From Candidatus Latescibacterota bacterium (GTDB taxonomy: Bacteria; Latescibacterota; UBA2968; UBA8231), in the NCBI GenBank assembly GCA_963422735.1, contig OY730476.1:1184001-1248000 (forward strand): a stretch of 64,000 nt of DNA. Direction: 5' to 3'. The notes beneath the pieces were generated by a model. The model was not told the DNA's origin. It saw only the letters and a list, made by a program, of their open reading frames with translations, and searched no databases. The translations under genes were made by a program, and so were the position numbers. Below, piece after piece: positions 1 through 8,916 of the stretch. Position 1 is the stretch's first letter. Each line of letters begins with the position of its first letter.

Positions 1-90
1 AGCTCGCGATCGGCGTCCACCGAGCTTCTGCTCGGCTTCAATCTCGGCGACGATGGCTTGCTGGGTGGCGAGGGGTGGGAATGCAAAGTT
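1..90 (-). pseudogene. Remnant of the C-terminal helical region of an HsdS-like specificity module (type I or IIG R-M); runs off the window
   Basis: Minus strand reads PPLATQQAIVAEIEAEQKL then frameshifts; near-identical to the peptide at 2124-2345. Confidence 0.65.
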
Positions 91-133
91 TGCTGAAGCC
101 CGCGAAAGTTCCGTACGTGCAGGCTTTTTAACC

Positions 134-334
134 CTACCCCGTGCGTTTGGCGAGCAACTCCCTGACGGAAGGAACCAACTCATTGGGAATTTCCATCAGA
201 GTTTGCGTCTGATTTTCAAAAGCAGCTTCTTCCTCTGCCACCGCTTCTTCCTCTGTTTGAGATTCATAGTATGCGATGACGCGTTGCATGCGCTTTTCGT
301 CCCAGCCGGGCGGAAAGTTGGTTTTGTTTTTCAT
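134..334 (-). CDS. Small acidic protein, probable type II antitoxin
   Basis: 66 aa, FPPGWDEKRMQRVIAYYESQTEEEAVAE; ATGA overlap with an upstream toxin-like remnant. Confidence 0.6.
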   Translation of the reverse strand: MKNKTNFPPGWDEKRMQRVIAYYESQTEEEAVAEEEAAFENQTQTLMEIPNELVPSVRELLAKRTG

Positions 335-420
335 CTTCTTCTCATGCGTCGCCGATTAGCTGTGAGTGGTTTACCCCTTAGTTCGTAAGCCGTTATGACA
401 AAAATACGATCGGGATCGGA
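331..420 (-). pseudogene. C-terminal remnant of the cognate toxin-like gene (BrnT/DUF4258-like)
   Basis: Reads SDPDRIFVITAYEL / GKPLTANRRRMRRR* across a 1-nt frameshift; VITAY motif; 5' part missing. Confidence 0.5.
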
Positions 421-424
421 TGCA

Positions 425-869
425 CTAATTCGTGCGGAAATTTAGTGTGCGTATGAGCGCGAACGCGTCGCAGCAAGGCACCTTGAAACCGCGGCAGACA
501 TCGGGAAGGTGGCGGTTGGCTCGGGTCCTCTTTGGTTTTGAGACCTCGGTTGTTACTACGCAACGATACTCGGCATCGGCGAGGACATAAGCGACTAGAA
601 ACGGGTCTTCGTTCAATTTCTCTAATTCGTCTTCCGTCAGGTCTAGAGCGTAGCCTTCATGTACTACTCGACGCAACAGTTCAAGAGCCACTTCCTCCTG
701 TAGCAGCAACACATGTGCGGGTTAATTTTTTGTAAACTTTCCACGGCACTTGCACTCGCCTCTTTTTTCCCATGGCGACAAGCCAGTCCCAAAATTCTGG
801 CAGTCGCTCAATCGGGTAGTAACCCCGGTTTGCATCAATGAGTACATTCGCGTCGATGGGATAAAGCAC
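425..869 (-). pseudogene. DUF4411-family PIN-like protein, split in two frames
   Basis: N-half IDANVLIDANRGYYP..FWDWL (681-869), C-half DPFLVAY..VVTTE..LPDVC (425-712); directly downstream of an HTH-ImmA/IrrE gene, the usual partner. Confidence 0.75.
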
Positions 870-879
870 AGGTCACCTG

Positions 880-2066
880 CTACGACCGCTTGCCGGCGTC
901 GAACAACAAGTGAACCTGCCCAGGTTTTACTCCTAATACGTTGGCCGCTTTGGACGTCGTCAACTCTCCGGTACGCATCATTTGCTGGACAAATTCGACA
1001 AGTGGTTTTCCAACACCGTGTCGGCAGAGGACGTAGTAGTTGGGCCCGCCTTGCTGCTTGTTTTTCTGTTTGCGATTGGTAGCGCGTTGCTGAAGCCACT
1101 GCTCGCGAAAGGTCTTCATGAGATGATTGAACATCTGCTGGTTAATAGAGCCGGCTCGATAGACTTTGTAGGCAACCATTGAACGGCTAAAATTCCGCTC
1201 CTCAGCGAAATTACTAATCTGCTCAGTCGCGCAGTTGAACTCGCCAGAGAGTACGAGATGTTGGGCTTCGGCGGCTGGCAGCAGAAATTCTCCGGCCACA
1301 TCATTGCAGAATTGCTCAACGGCATTTTCGCGCCGCGCCGCGCTGATTCCGGTTTGGCCGAGGAGCAGGTGGACCAGTTCGTGTAGCAAGGTGAAGGACC
1401 AAGCTGGAGGGGCGTCGTTGCGATTGATTACGACAAACGGTGCGATGGCATCTGCGATAGCAAAACCGCGAAAAATTTCAGTGTCAAAATTCGTATGGTG
1501 GGAACCTAAGTTACCCATCAGCAATACAAATACTCCGGCCTTTTCCGCACGCTCTCGCAGCAGGTCAAACGCCGCGGATGCATTGTGTTTCACCCGGTAT
1601 TCCCTCACATCTACTTCTAGCAATGTCCGCAGTGATGCGAGAACTGTCGGCTGGCCATCCTCTATGGTATGGGAACCGATGAAGGCCAGCGGCTCTGTTT
1701 CGTCCTCGTCCTCTAACATGTCGCGAACCATGCTCTGACGCGCCCGAATGTCGCGCAGCAAAGCGTTGAGCTGTGCCTCATCTGCGGTGGAATGCTCGGC
1801 CGGCAGAGTGCGAAAATCGGCCCCCCGATCGCCTTTCGCTGGTGGATTGGAGAGGTAGAACGCTAGCAAGGGACGGCGGTATTGCTGCGCCATCTTGGCG
1901 AGCACGGGCCGCGTCGGCTCCTTTGTGCCTTCCTCTAGAGCGGTAAGCTTATCTACCGCCGTCGTTTTTTGGAGTCGCGAAAACCGAGTTTCCCGGCCGC
2001 TTCCCCTAAGGTGAGCCCAGCAGCCTGACGCGCCCAAATCAGTATTTCAGGGTTGACTTTCGGCAT
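880..2066 (-). CDS. XRE-HTH + ImmA/IrrE (M78) metallopeptidase, 1-nt frameshift near the 5' end
   Basis: FTLLHELVHLLLG (HExxH), EQFCNDVAGEFLLP; true start MPKVNPEILIWARQAAGL at 2066 joins the long ORF if the A6 run at about 1965-1970 were A7. Confidence 0.8.
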
Positions 2067-2123
2067 TGTTCAATTCCGTATGGTGGCAGCATAGAGCCGA
2101 CCGGCACATGCCGTCAGACTAGG

Positions 2124-2345
2124 TTATACATCGCCATAGACCCGCGCAATAGCCGCCTGTATCTTGCCTTCCATGCGCTCAACTAGATCGCGGTTGGCGT
2201 CCACCAGCTTCTGCTCGGCCTCGATTTCAGCGACAATGGCTTGCTGGGTGGAGAGGGGTGGGAGGGGGATTTTCATTTGTTTTAGTATCTTCACAGAAGC
2301 TACGTTCTTAATGGCCGCTCCAAATGCGACGTTCTTTTTTTCCTT
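2124..2345 (-). pseudogene. Second HsdS-like C-terminal remnant
   Basis: GAAIKNVASVKILKQMKIPLPPLSTQQAIVAEIEAEQKLVDANRDLVERMEGKIQAAIARVYGDV*; IPLPPL..Q..I motif; no N-terminal part. Confidence 0.75.
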
Positions 2346-2382
2346 TCAAGACCTCAGATCGGACAACTGCGATAGCCGTTCG

Positions 2383-3135
2383 TCACCTGAATTTATCGCT
2401 TGTAAACAAGCAGCGGGCCGCCGGGCGCAAACGCTGAGCGGCTGAGGGGCTGAGGGCACTCGAAAAGACCATGTGCGGGTCGTCGCGACGACAAAAAAAA
2501 CTGGTAAGACTGAGGCGATGGCTAGCGCTGCGATTGCGAGTGGTACCGTGCCAGACATGGCTGTTGAAGACGGCGACTGTGCCGGCCGCGCCGAGCAACA
2601 GCTTTTGACGCGGGTGGTCCGCGGCAGGGTCCTCCAGTGCATCTTCGGGCGTCTGGCCGCTTCGGTGAGTGCCGGGAATCACGCGCGTGGCTCCGTTTTC
2701 CGGCGTGAACTCCGTTAGCATCCACAGCGAGTTACAAACGGCGTAGCATTCCACTTGGGGCGCGGGACCGTTGTAATCGACGTGCAGGGCCTGCTGCTCG
2801 CCGCCGGGCGGATGGGGCCGGCCGTGAGTGCCGAAGGACTTGATAGAGCCGTCCAAGACATGACAGATGGCGGCCAGAATGCGCGGATGAGTAAAGCAGA
2901 TGTCGAGACCGGCGACTTTGTTATGCATGTAGCTGGATTCGGCCGGGCCCTCCTTTTGCCCCGTGCCCTCGGCGGCGTACACCGCGTCTATCGCACTGCA
3001 TATCGAGGCGATCTGCGCGGCAGAGAGGATCTTGGGCAGGAGCACATAGCCCTCGCGGTCCAAGTGCGTCTTCTCGGCTTGAGAGAGGGTATCGTCGCGC
3101 ACCCCCAACTCGTATAAGGCCTCCTGTAGCGTCAT
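2383..3135 (-). CDS. Phytanoyl-CoA dioxygenase (PhyH) family Fe(II)/2OG enzyme
   Basis: LHVD, NGATRVIPGTH, HVWHG, NRS..R motifs. Confidence 0.9.
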   Translation of the reverse strand: MTLQEALYELGVRDDTLSQAEKTHLDREGYVLLPKILSAAQIASICSAIDAVYAAEGTGQKEGPAESSYMHNKVAGLDICFTHPRILAAICHVLDGSIKSFGTHGRPHPPGGEQQALHVDYNGPAPQVECYAVCNSLWMLTEFTPENGATRVIPGTHRSGQTPEDALEDPAADHPRQKLLLGAAGTVAVFNSHVWHGTTRNRSASHRLSLTSFFCRRDDPHMVFSSALSPSAAQRLRPAARCLFTSDKFR

Positions 3136-3337
3136 CTCCGATGCTTTCGTTGCGAGTTGGCAGTTTGCGACTTCACAATCGTTCTATTTCGCGTGCGCCG
3201 CAAGCTCGCTCCGGGATACTACTAACGGATGTTATGCACTCCTGCCGTAAGAGTGGCCGGGAGCTTAACGAGAAAGAGGGCGGATAGTCGCACTCGTGGG
3301 AACGGCCGACCAAGCACTCGCCGCAGCCGAGGGCGCA

Positions 3338-3440
3338 GATGATTTCTTTTGCAACGCATCAAGCACATAAAGGCTCCTACCGATCTTGACTGTATAAACG
3401 GCGCGGTCCTAGTCATCAATAATCTCAAATACGCCGGACT
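3338..3440 (-). pseudogene. RelE/HigB-like (Gp49-type) toxin remnant
   Basis: Manual translation SGVFEIIDD*DRAVYTVKIGRSLYVLDALQKKS; internal stop, both ends lost. Confidence 0.65.
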
Positions 3441-3487
3441 CAAGGCATCTCATCGGCTTGCTAGAGGGCGGCGTTTGTCCGGTCTCA

Positions 3488-4504
3488 CTAGGTAGAGCGC
3501 ATGTCGAGGTGATGTTTCAAGCACCCGACCACCTCGTACAGAGTGGTGCAGACGCGCTCGCCAGCCGCGGTGTGAAGCCGCCAAGCCGTGCCGCCGTTGT
3601 GGTGGATGATCTCGACGCACGTCGGCACACCTTCCGCCACGCGGAAACCAGCCCGTTCCAACGCACGCATAGTCCACAGGGCATGGAGCCCTTCCCCCAC
3701 TAAGCCGACTTCGCCTTCCATCTCTTGCGCTAGATGGAAAGAACCAATCGCCGGGTCGAATTCCGCGTCCGCAAACGTCCGCTGGAAAGCCCCGCTCAAC
3801 ACCAAGTCTTCCGGTGCCCCGGTCTGCAAAGGACCGTCCGGCGGCAGCAGCCAGAGGCGGTCGGCGCAGCGCAGGGCCAAGTCTAAATCGTGAGTGGAAA
3901 GCAAGACGGCACGATCGCGGTCGCCGGCCAAGCCGCGCAACAACTGCACGATTTCGACCCGCCGCGGCAAGTCCAAAAAGGCGGTAGGCTCGTCGAGGAG
4001 GAGCACCGCTGGTTCCTGCGCCAAGGCGCGGGCAATCATCACCTTTTGCCGTTCGCCATCGCTCAGTTCGCCGACGCTGCGCCTGGCCAAGTTCCTAGCC
4101 CCCACCGCGTCAATGGCCCAGCGCACCACCTCTTCATCCGCAGGAGAAAGGCGACCATCCCAGCCAGTGTACGGGTAGCGCCCCAGCGCCACGAGTGCAT
4201 AAGCCGACAAGTTGCCCACATCTACCCGCTCGGTCAGGACTAAGCCCAAAAGCCGCGCCCGTTTGTTCTCGGTCAGCCCGTGCAGGTCGCGGCCATCGAG
4301 AAGCACCTCACCGGCCAGCGGCTTTTGCAGGCCGGCCAATGTGCGCATGAGCGTGGATTTGCCAGCACCATTGGGTCCCAGCAAGCAGACCAGTTCCCCC
4401 TTGAGCAATTCCACACTAATATCCGCGGCCACAACGATGCGCGGGCGTCGCTTAGGCGCGTAGCCAATGCACAGGCCGCGCGTTTGTAGAATGGGCGCGC
4501 CCAC
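3488..4504 (-). CDS. Cobalamin/Fe-siderophore ABC transporter ATPase (BtuD/FecE-like)
   Basis: GPNGAGKST, LSDGERQ, LLLDEP, STHD; GTG start at 4504 just after the permease stop. Confidence 0.9.
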   Translation of the reverse strand: MGAPILQTRGLCIGYAPKRRPRIVVAADISVELLKGELVCLLGPNGAGKSTLMRTLAGLQKPLAGEVLLDGRDLHGLTENKRARLLGLVLTERVDVGNLSAYALVALGRYPYTGWDGRLSPADEEVVRWAIDAVGARNLARRSVGELSDGERQKVMIARALAQEPAVLLLDEPTAFLDLPRRVEIVQLLRGLAGDRDRAVLLSTHDLDLALRCADRLWLLPPDGPLQTGAPEDLVLSGAFQRTFADAEFDPAIGSFHLAQEMEGEVGLVGEGLHALWTMRALERAGFRVAEGVPTCVEIIHHNGGTAWRLHTAAGERVCTTLYEVVGCLKHHLDMRST

Positions 4505-4509
4505 GACGT

Positions 4510-5598
4510 TCAGGCGGCAAAGGCCTGCCGCAGCGTGCGGCGGCGCAGGATAATACAGGTGACCACGGGCGCACCAATCAGGGCGGTGACCGCATTGAGC
4601 GGCAGGGTGGCTTCGCTGCCGGGCAGACGGGCCACCAGATCCGCGCTCAAGGCCAAAATGCCACCTAAAAGCACGCTGGCTGGCAGCAGTACGCGGTGAT
4701 CCGAGGTGTTGAAGAGGGCGCGGCACAAATGCGGCACAGCCACGCCCAAAAAGCCAATGGGACCGCAATAGGCGGTGACCGCGCCAGCCAGCAGCGCGGC
4801 ACTAGCAATGATCCACAACCGCGCCCGCCGTGCGCCCAAGCCCATGCTGCGCGCATACGTTTCTCCGAGCAGCAGGGCATTGAGCGGTTTGACCAACAGG
4901 CCGGCAATCCCCAGACCGGCCAGCACCACCGGTGCTAGAAAGGTAAGTTGGCCCCAAGCGACCGCGCCAAAGCTGCCAAAGGTCCACAGGACGTAGGTCT
5001 GCACCTGTTGGGGAATGCTGAAGTAGAGCAACACGCTGACTACGGCACTGGTCAGATAGCCGAACATGAGGCCGAGGATGAGCAAGGTCATGGTGTGCTG
5101 CACGCGCCGCCCCACGAAAAGCACTAAACCCAGCACCAGCGCCGCCCCGGCCACGGCCGCAACAGCCACGCCGACTTGGCCCAAAAGCCCCAGACCAACC
5201 AACAACCCGGCCCCGGTGACACCCGTCCCCAAGACGACCAACGCCACGCCCAGACTAGCTCCGGCACTGATGCCGAGGATGAAGGGGTCGGCGAGGGGAT
5301 TGCGGAACAGGGTCTGCATTTGCAAACCGCTGGCACTCAGGGCCGCACCGGCCAATAGCGCGGTGAGCGCACGTGGCAGGCGGATCGCGCAGATGATATG
5401 GCTCCAACTGGGCTTTTGGTCGGCTTCACCCCACAGGATGGCGACCACCGCATCGAGGGGAATGGACACCGACCCCACGCCTAAACTGAGCGCAAAAAAG
5501 CCGAGTAGGGCCACAGCCATCCCTAAGAAAAGTCCCCAGCGCGGACCCAGCCGGGGCCAAGAGGTGCGCTTAGCAGCGGTGGTGGAAGCGGATGCCAC
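4510..5598 (-). CDS. FecCD/BtuC-family ABC permease
   Basis: IRLPRA, QTLFRNPLADPFILGIS, GPIGFLG..VPH. Confidence 0.93.
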   Translation of the reverse strand: MASASTTAAKRTSWPRLGPRWGLFLGMAVALLGFFALSLGVGSVSIPLDAVVAILWGEADQKPSWSHIICAIRLPRALTALLAGAALSASGLQMQTLFRNPLADPFILGISAGASLGVALVVLGTGVTGAGLLVGLGLLGQVGVAVAAVAGAALVLGLVLFVGRRVQHTMTLLILGLMFGYLTSAVVSVLLYFSIPQQVQTYVLWTFGSFGAVAWGQLTFLAPVVLAGLGIAGLLVKPLNALLLGETYARSMGLGARRARLWIIASAALLAGAVTAYCGPIGFLGVAVPHLCRALFNTSDHRVLLPASVLLGGILALSADLVARLPGSEATLPLNAVTALIGAPVVTCIILRRRTLRQAFAA

Positions 5599-5604
5599 GG
5601 CGTC

Positions 5605-6762
5605 TCAGTCTAGTTTTTGATAGAATTTGAGCGCGTGGTTTGGCAGGCGGTCGGGATGCAGGATTTTTATGAAATCGGCCAACACGATATGGGGTTCGGC
5701 GATGCCGCTTTCCCAGTAGTCATTGCCGCCGTGCGCGTTGAGCCGGGCGTTGGCGTTGTACACTCGACCGCTATTGAACGCGGCAAACGCGGCGTAGCGC
5801 TCATCTGCGGCCTGTACCTCGGTCAGCGAATGCCATTCATTGCGCATGGTCAGCCAAACGTCGGCCGCGTGGGCCTTTTCGTACACGGCCTCAAAGTCCA
5901 AAGGCAGGCTTCCCCCAGAGTCGTCGTCGGCCCACAGGTACGCGCCGCCGGCCGCGGCGACCAATTGCGCTGCGTAACTCTTGCCGCCAGCGACGTGCCA
6001 AGTGTCGCGCCAGAGGGAGCCGCCGAACACAGTGGGACGTTGGTCTGTTGGCATATCCTGCACCAAGGCCGCGTATCGCTGGTATTGGGCCACGATGTCG
6101 GCAAAGCGTTTTTCCGCGAGAGCCTCTGCGTTGAAAAAGGCCGCGGTGAACTTGAGCCATTCCGCGCGGCCCAACAGCGACAACTCGGTGTACTCGGCGT
6201 TGATGGCCACGGCCACGCCGGCCTGCTGCAAGACCGGATGGGCATTGTACTGGGATTGGGCCGAGGCCACGGTCATGACTACGTCGGTCTCCAATTCCAG
6301 CACCAGTTCGAGATTGACCCCGGCACCGTGACCGACTGAGACAATTTTGCCGGCCGCAAAACGCTGGTTGACGCCGGGCGAGTGCACCATCTCAATGTCG
6401 CTGACTGCGGCTAGGTTTTCGAGAGCATCCAGCAATTCAAGGTGCGGCAGTTGCGTAGTTGACAAAGCGGCAAGGCGGCGGATGGGTACTGTAATGCGCT
6501 GAACGCCGTCGTACCCGTCGGGTGCGGGGGTGCCGCACCCGACGAGTACATATTGGACGGCGTCTTTCGCGCCGGGCCATGGGGTGCGCACGGTGACCAC
6601 TTTGTAGTTGTTGAAGTACTCAATTGCAAAGCTCTCGGCGTATTGCAGTTGGGCCTTGTGGGGGAAATAGTCCACCGCCGGGTCGTAGGTATCGACGCAG
6701 TCGGCCCCGTTCGCCGCTGGCACACCGAGGGCCAGCCACGCCCCAAAACACACTTTGCGCAT
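5605..6762 (-). CDS. BtuF-like periplasmic substrate-binding protein
   Basis: Signal peptide from MRKVCFG; LGRAEWLKF, NDYWESG..PH.VL.D; operon context. Confidence 0.85.
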   Translation of the reverse strand: MRKVCFGAWLALGVPAANGADCVDTYDPAVDYFPHKAQLQYAESFAIEYFNNYKVVTVRTPWPGAKDAVQYVLVGCGTPAPDGYDGVQRITVPIRRLAALSTTQLPHLELLDALENLAAVSDIEMVHSPGVNQRFAAGKIVSVGHGAGVNLELVLELETDVVMTVASAQSQYNAHPVLQQAGVAVAINAEYTELSLLGRAEWLKFTAAFFNAEALAEKRFADIVAQYQRYAALVQDMPTDQRPTVFGGSLWRDTWHVAGGKSYAAQLVAAAGGAYLWADDDSGGSLPLDFEAVYEKAHAADVWLTMRNEWHSLTEVQAADERYAAFAAFNSGRVYNANARLNAHGGNDYWESGIAEPHIVLADFIKILHPDRLPNHALKFYQKLD

Positions 6763-6834
6763 CAAACGCCTCCGCAAAAAATTGACCTCCACCGCAATCG
6801 TCATTGTAGGGACAACCCCCTAGCGAACATCCAC

Positions 6835-7401
6835 TTACTCATCAGCCGCGCCCTCCCCCGGCTTCCACAGCACATCCACCTCCCCACCGTCGTTGGCAGC
6901 CCGTGCCATGGCGAACAGCAAGTCGGAGAGCCGGTTGAGATACAGCAGAACCGACTCTCCGACTTGCTCTTGCCCAGCTAGTTGCCACGTTACACGCTCG
7001 GTGCGCCTACACACCGTACGCGCCAAGTGAAGCCAAGCAGCGGGGAGCCGTCCCCCAGGCAAGATAAAGCTCCGCAAGGGAGCCAAGTCTCGCGTGAGGT
7101 GGTCGATTTGCTCCTCTAGGAAAAGGACCTGCTGCGGCTGCAAGCGCAGGTGCTCTTCTTCGCCATCGGCCTGAGGGACGCACAAATCGGCCCCCAAGTC
7201 GAAGAGATCGTTTTGCACCCGGGCGAGCACCTCGTCGTGCTCAGTTCCGCTGGCCCTAGCCAGCCCGATCACCGAGTTTAGCTCATCTACGCACCCATAA
7301 GCGGCGATGCGGGCGCTCGTCTTGGGCACTTGCGACATATCGCCCAGCCGCGTCATACCGCCGTCGCCCGTCTTGGTGTAGAGCTTAGATAGAGTAACCA
7401 T
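6835..7401 (-). CDS. pduO: PduO-type ATP:cob(I)alamin adenosyltransferase
   Basis: KLYTKTGDGG, AYGCVDELNS, ARTVCRRTER, YLNRLSDLLF. Confidence 0.93.
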   Translation of the reverse strand: MVTLSKLYTKTGDGGMTRLGDMSQVPKTSARIAAYGCVDELNSVIGLARASGTEHDEVLARVQNDLFDLGADLCVPQADGEEEHLRLQPQQVLFLEEQIDHLTRDLAPLRSFILPGGRLPAAWLHLARTVCRRTERVTWQLAGQEQVGESVLLYLNRLSDLLFAMARAANDGGEVDVLWKPGEGAADE

Positions 7402-7460
7402 GCCTGTTGCCTTTCCCTTGTTTATCTGCCCTTACCCATGTTGGGCGCAGGGTCAATCCT

Positions 7461-8864
7461 TCATTTAAGCAACATCACCTTGCCCACAGCCTGTTGATCG
7501 CCAGCGAGCAACTGCACCAGATACGCGCCGTTGCCCACCGATTCACCGGCGGCATTGCGACCATCCCAGTAGAGAACGTGCCGCCCGGCGGCCACCGTAC
7601 CGGAAGTCAGAGTGCGGATGGTGCGGCCCAAGACGTCGTGGACGGTCAATTCAACCGGAGTGTTGGCCTGCCAGACCGCAAAGGGAATCTGCACCGAAGC
7701 GTTAAAGGGATTGGGATAGGCCGCCTCTAAGGCGAATTCCTGTGGCAAGCCGGCGGCGGTTTCTTCCACAGCCGTGAGGACAGACATATCGCCCAACACC
7801 ACGATGTTCGAAGGCGGTAGTCCAGTATCGATTGGACCGTGCAGAAAAGCTCCGGTAGCCGCGTCGTAGAATTTGAGCCCGGCGGCGTCCGGCTCGGCGA
7901 AGGAACCGCGGTCGGCGACGATCAAGCGGCCGCCATCTACAGCCAAGCTGGAGATAAAACCGCCGCTGGTATTTTCTAAGGGCGCACCCACAGTGCCGCT
8001 GGACAAATCAAAGGGCCGGACGCTGTTGGCGAAGTCTTCGTCCGCGACTACGGCATAGCCCCGATTTTGATCGACAAGTACTAAGGATGTAATATCGCCG
8101 CCTAAGTCATCCTCGCCTACGGCCAGTCCGAGGCTGCGGTTGGTGGCCGTATCGACGATTTCCACTCCGCCGGATCGGTCGCCAAAATTGACCACTACCC
8201 CCACGGCGATCTGCTCGTCGACCACGGCCATGCTGTTGGGATTAGTGGCACTGAGGGCAATGCCTTGCACACCCTCAGTGCCCGGGTCCACATCCACGAG
8301 GGTGTCGCTGTTGAGATCGACGACGATCAGGTAACTGACGTCGGCTGGTCCCCACCCACTGTTGCGGTCGAGGCGCTGGCAACTTAAGTAGAGCCGCTCG
8401 CCCACGCGGACGATTTGCGATACTTCGGGCAGGCCATCCGCATCGGCGAAAGCGCTCAGATCAATCTCGCCTAATTCCGCGCCGTCCTCGGGATTGACGA
8501 TCAGCAGGGACGCGGTGTCGTAACGCGTCACGTACGCCTTGTCGGGTGCGACGATCTCAATGTCGTGCGGATTGGCACCATTGCCCACCGAAAACTGAGC
8601 CAGAGGCGTGCGCAAATCCATCGCGTCCAGCACCAAAATATTGTCCTGCCCCAAGCGGTTGACGATATAGACGCGGCCGTCGTGGTAGTGCCCCACGGCA
8701 TCCGAGTGGACGCCCAACAGATTCACCTCGGCCGCGGCTGCATCCGCGGCCAAAAAGGCCGTGCTGCCGGTGGAAAAGTCCGTGGTGATGACGAAGAGAT
8801 CGCTCTGCGCCGACGACGAGCTCACCAGCAGCAAAAGGGCGACTAAAATGGAAATGCGGTACAC
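7461..8864 (-). CDS. Secreted beta-propeller (YncE/BtuG-like) with C-terminal FlgD-Ig/T9SS-type domain
   Basis: GTG start after AAGGAGG; signal peptide; NPHDI...KAYVT blades; C-term AYPNPFN..HDVLGR..WDGRN..G.Y. Confidence 0.75.
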   Translation of the reverse strand: MYRISILVALLLLVSSSSAQSDLFVITTDFSTGSTAFLAADAAAAEVNLLGVHSDAVGHYHDGRVYIVNRLGQDNILVLDAMDLRTPLAQFSVGNGANPHDIEIVAPDKAYVTRYDTASLLIVNPEDGAELGEIDLSAFADADGLPEVSQIVRVGERLYLSCQRLDRNSGWGPADVSYLIVVDLNSDTLVDVDPGTEGVQGIALSATNPNSMAVVDEQIAVGVVVNFGDRSGGVEIVDTATNRSLGLAVGEDDLGGDITSLVLVDQNRGYAVVADEDFANSVRPFDLSSGTVGAPLENTSGGFISSLAVDGGRLIVADRGSFAEPDAAGLKFYDAATGAFLHGPIDTGLPPSNIVVLGDMSVLTAVEETAAGLPQEFALEAAYPNPFNASVQIPFAVWQANTPVELTVHDVLGRTIRTLTSGTVAAGRHVLYWDGRNAAGESVGNGAYLVQLLAGDQQAVGKVMLLK

Positions 8865-8916
8865 GTAAATCCTCCTTGGGGAATGGATGGTGTGGCGAGT
8901 GGCGAGTTTCCACTTT

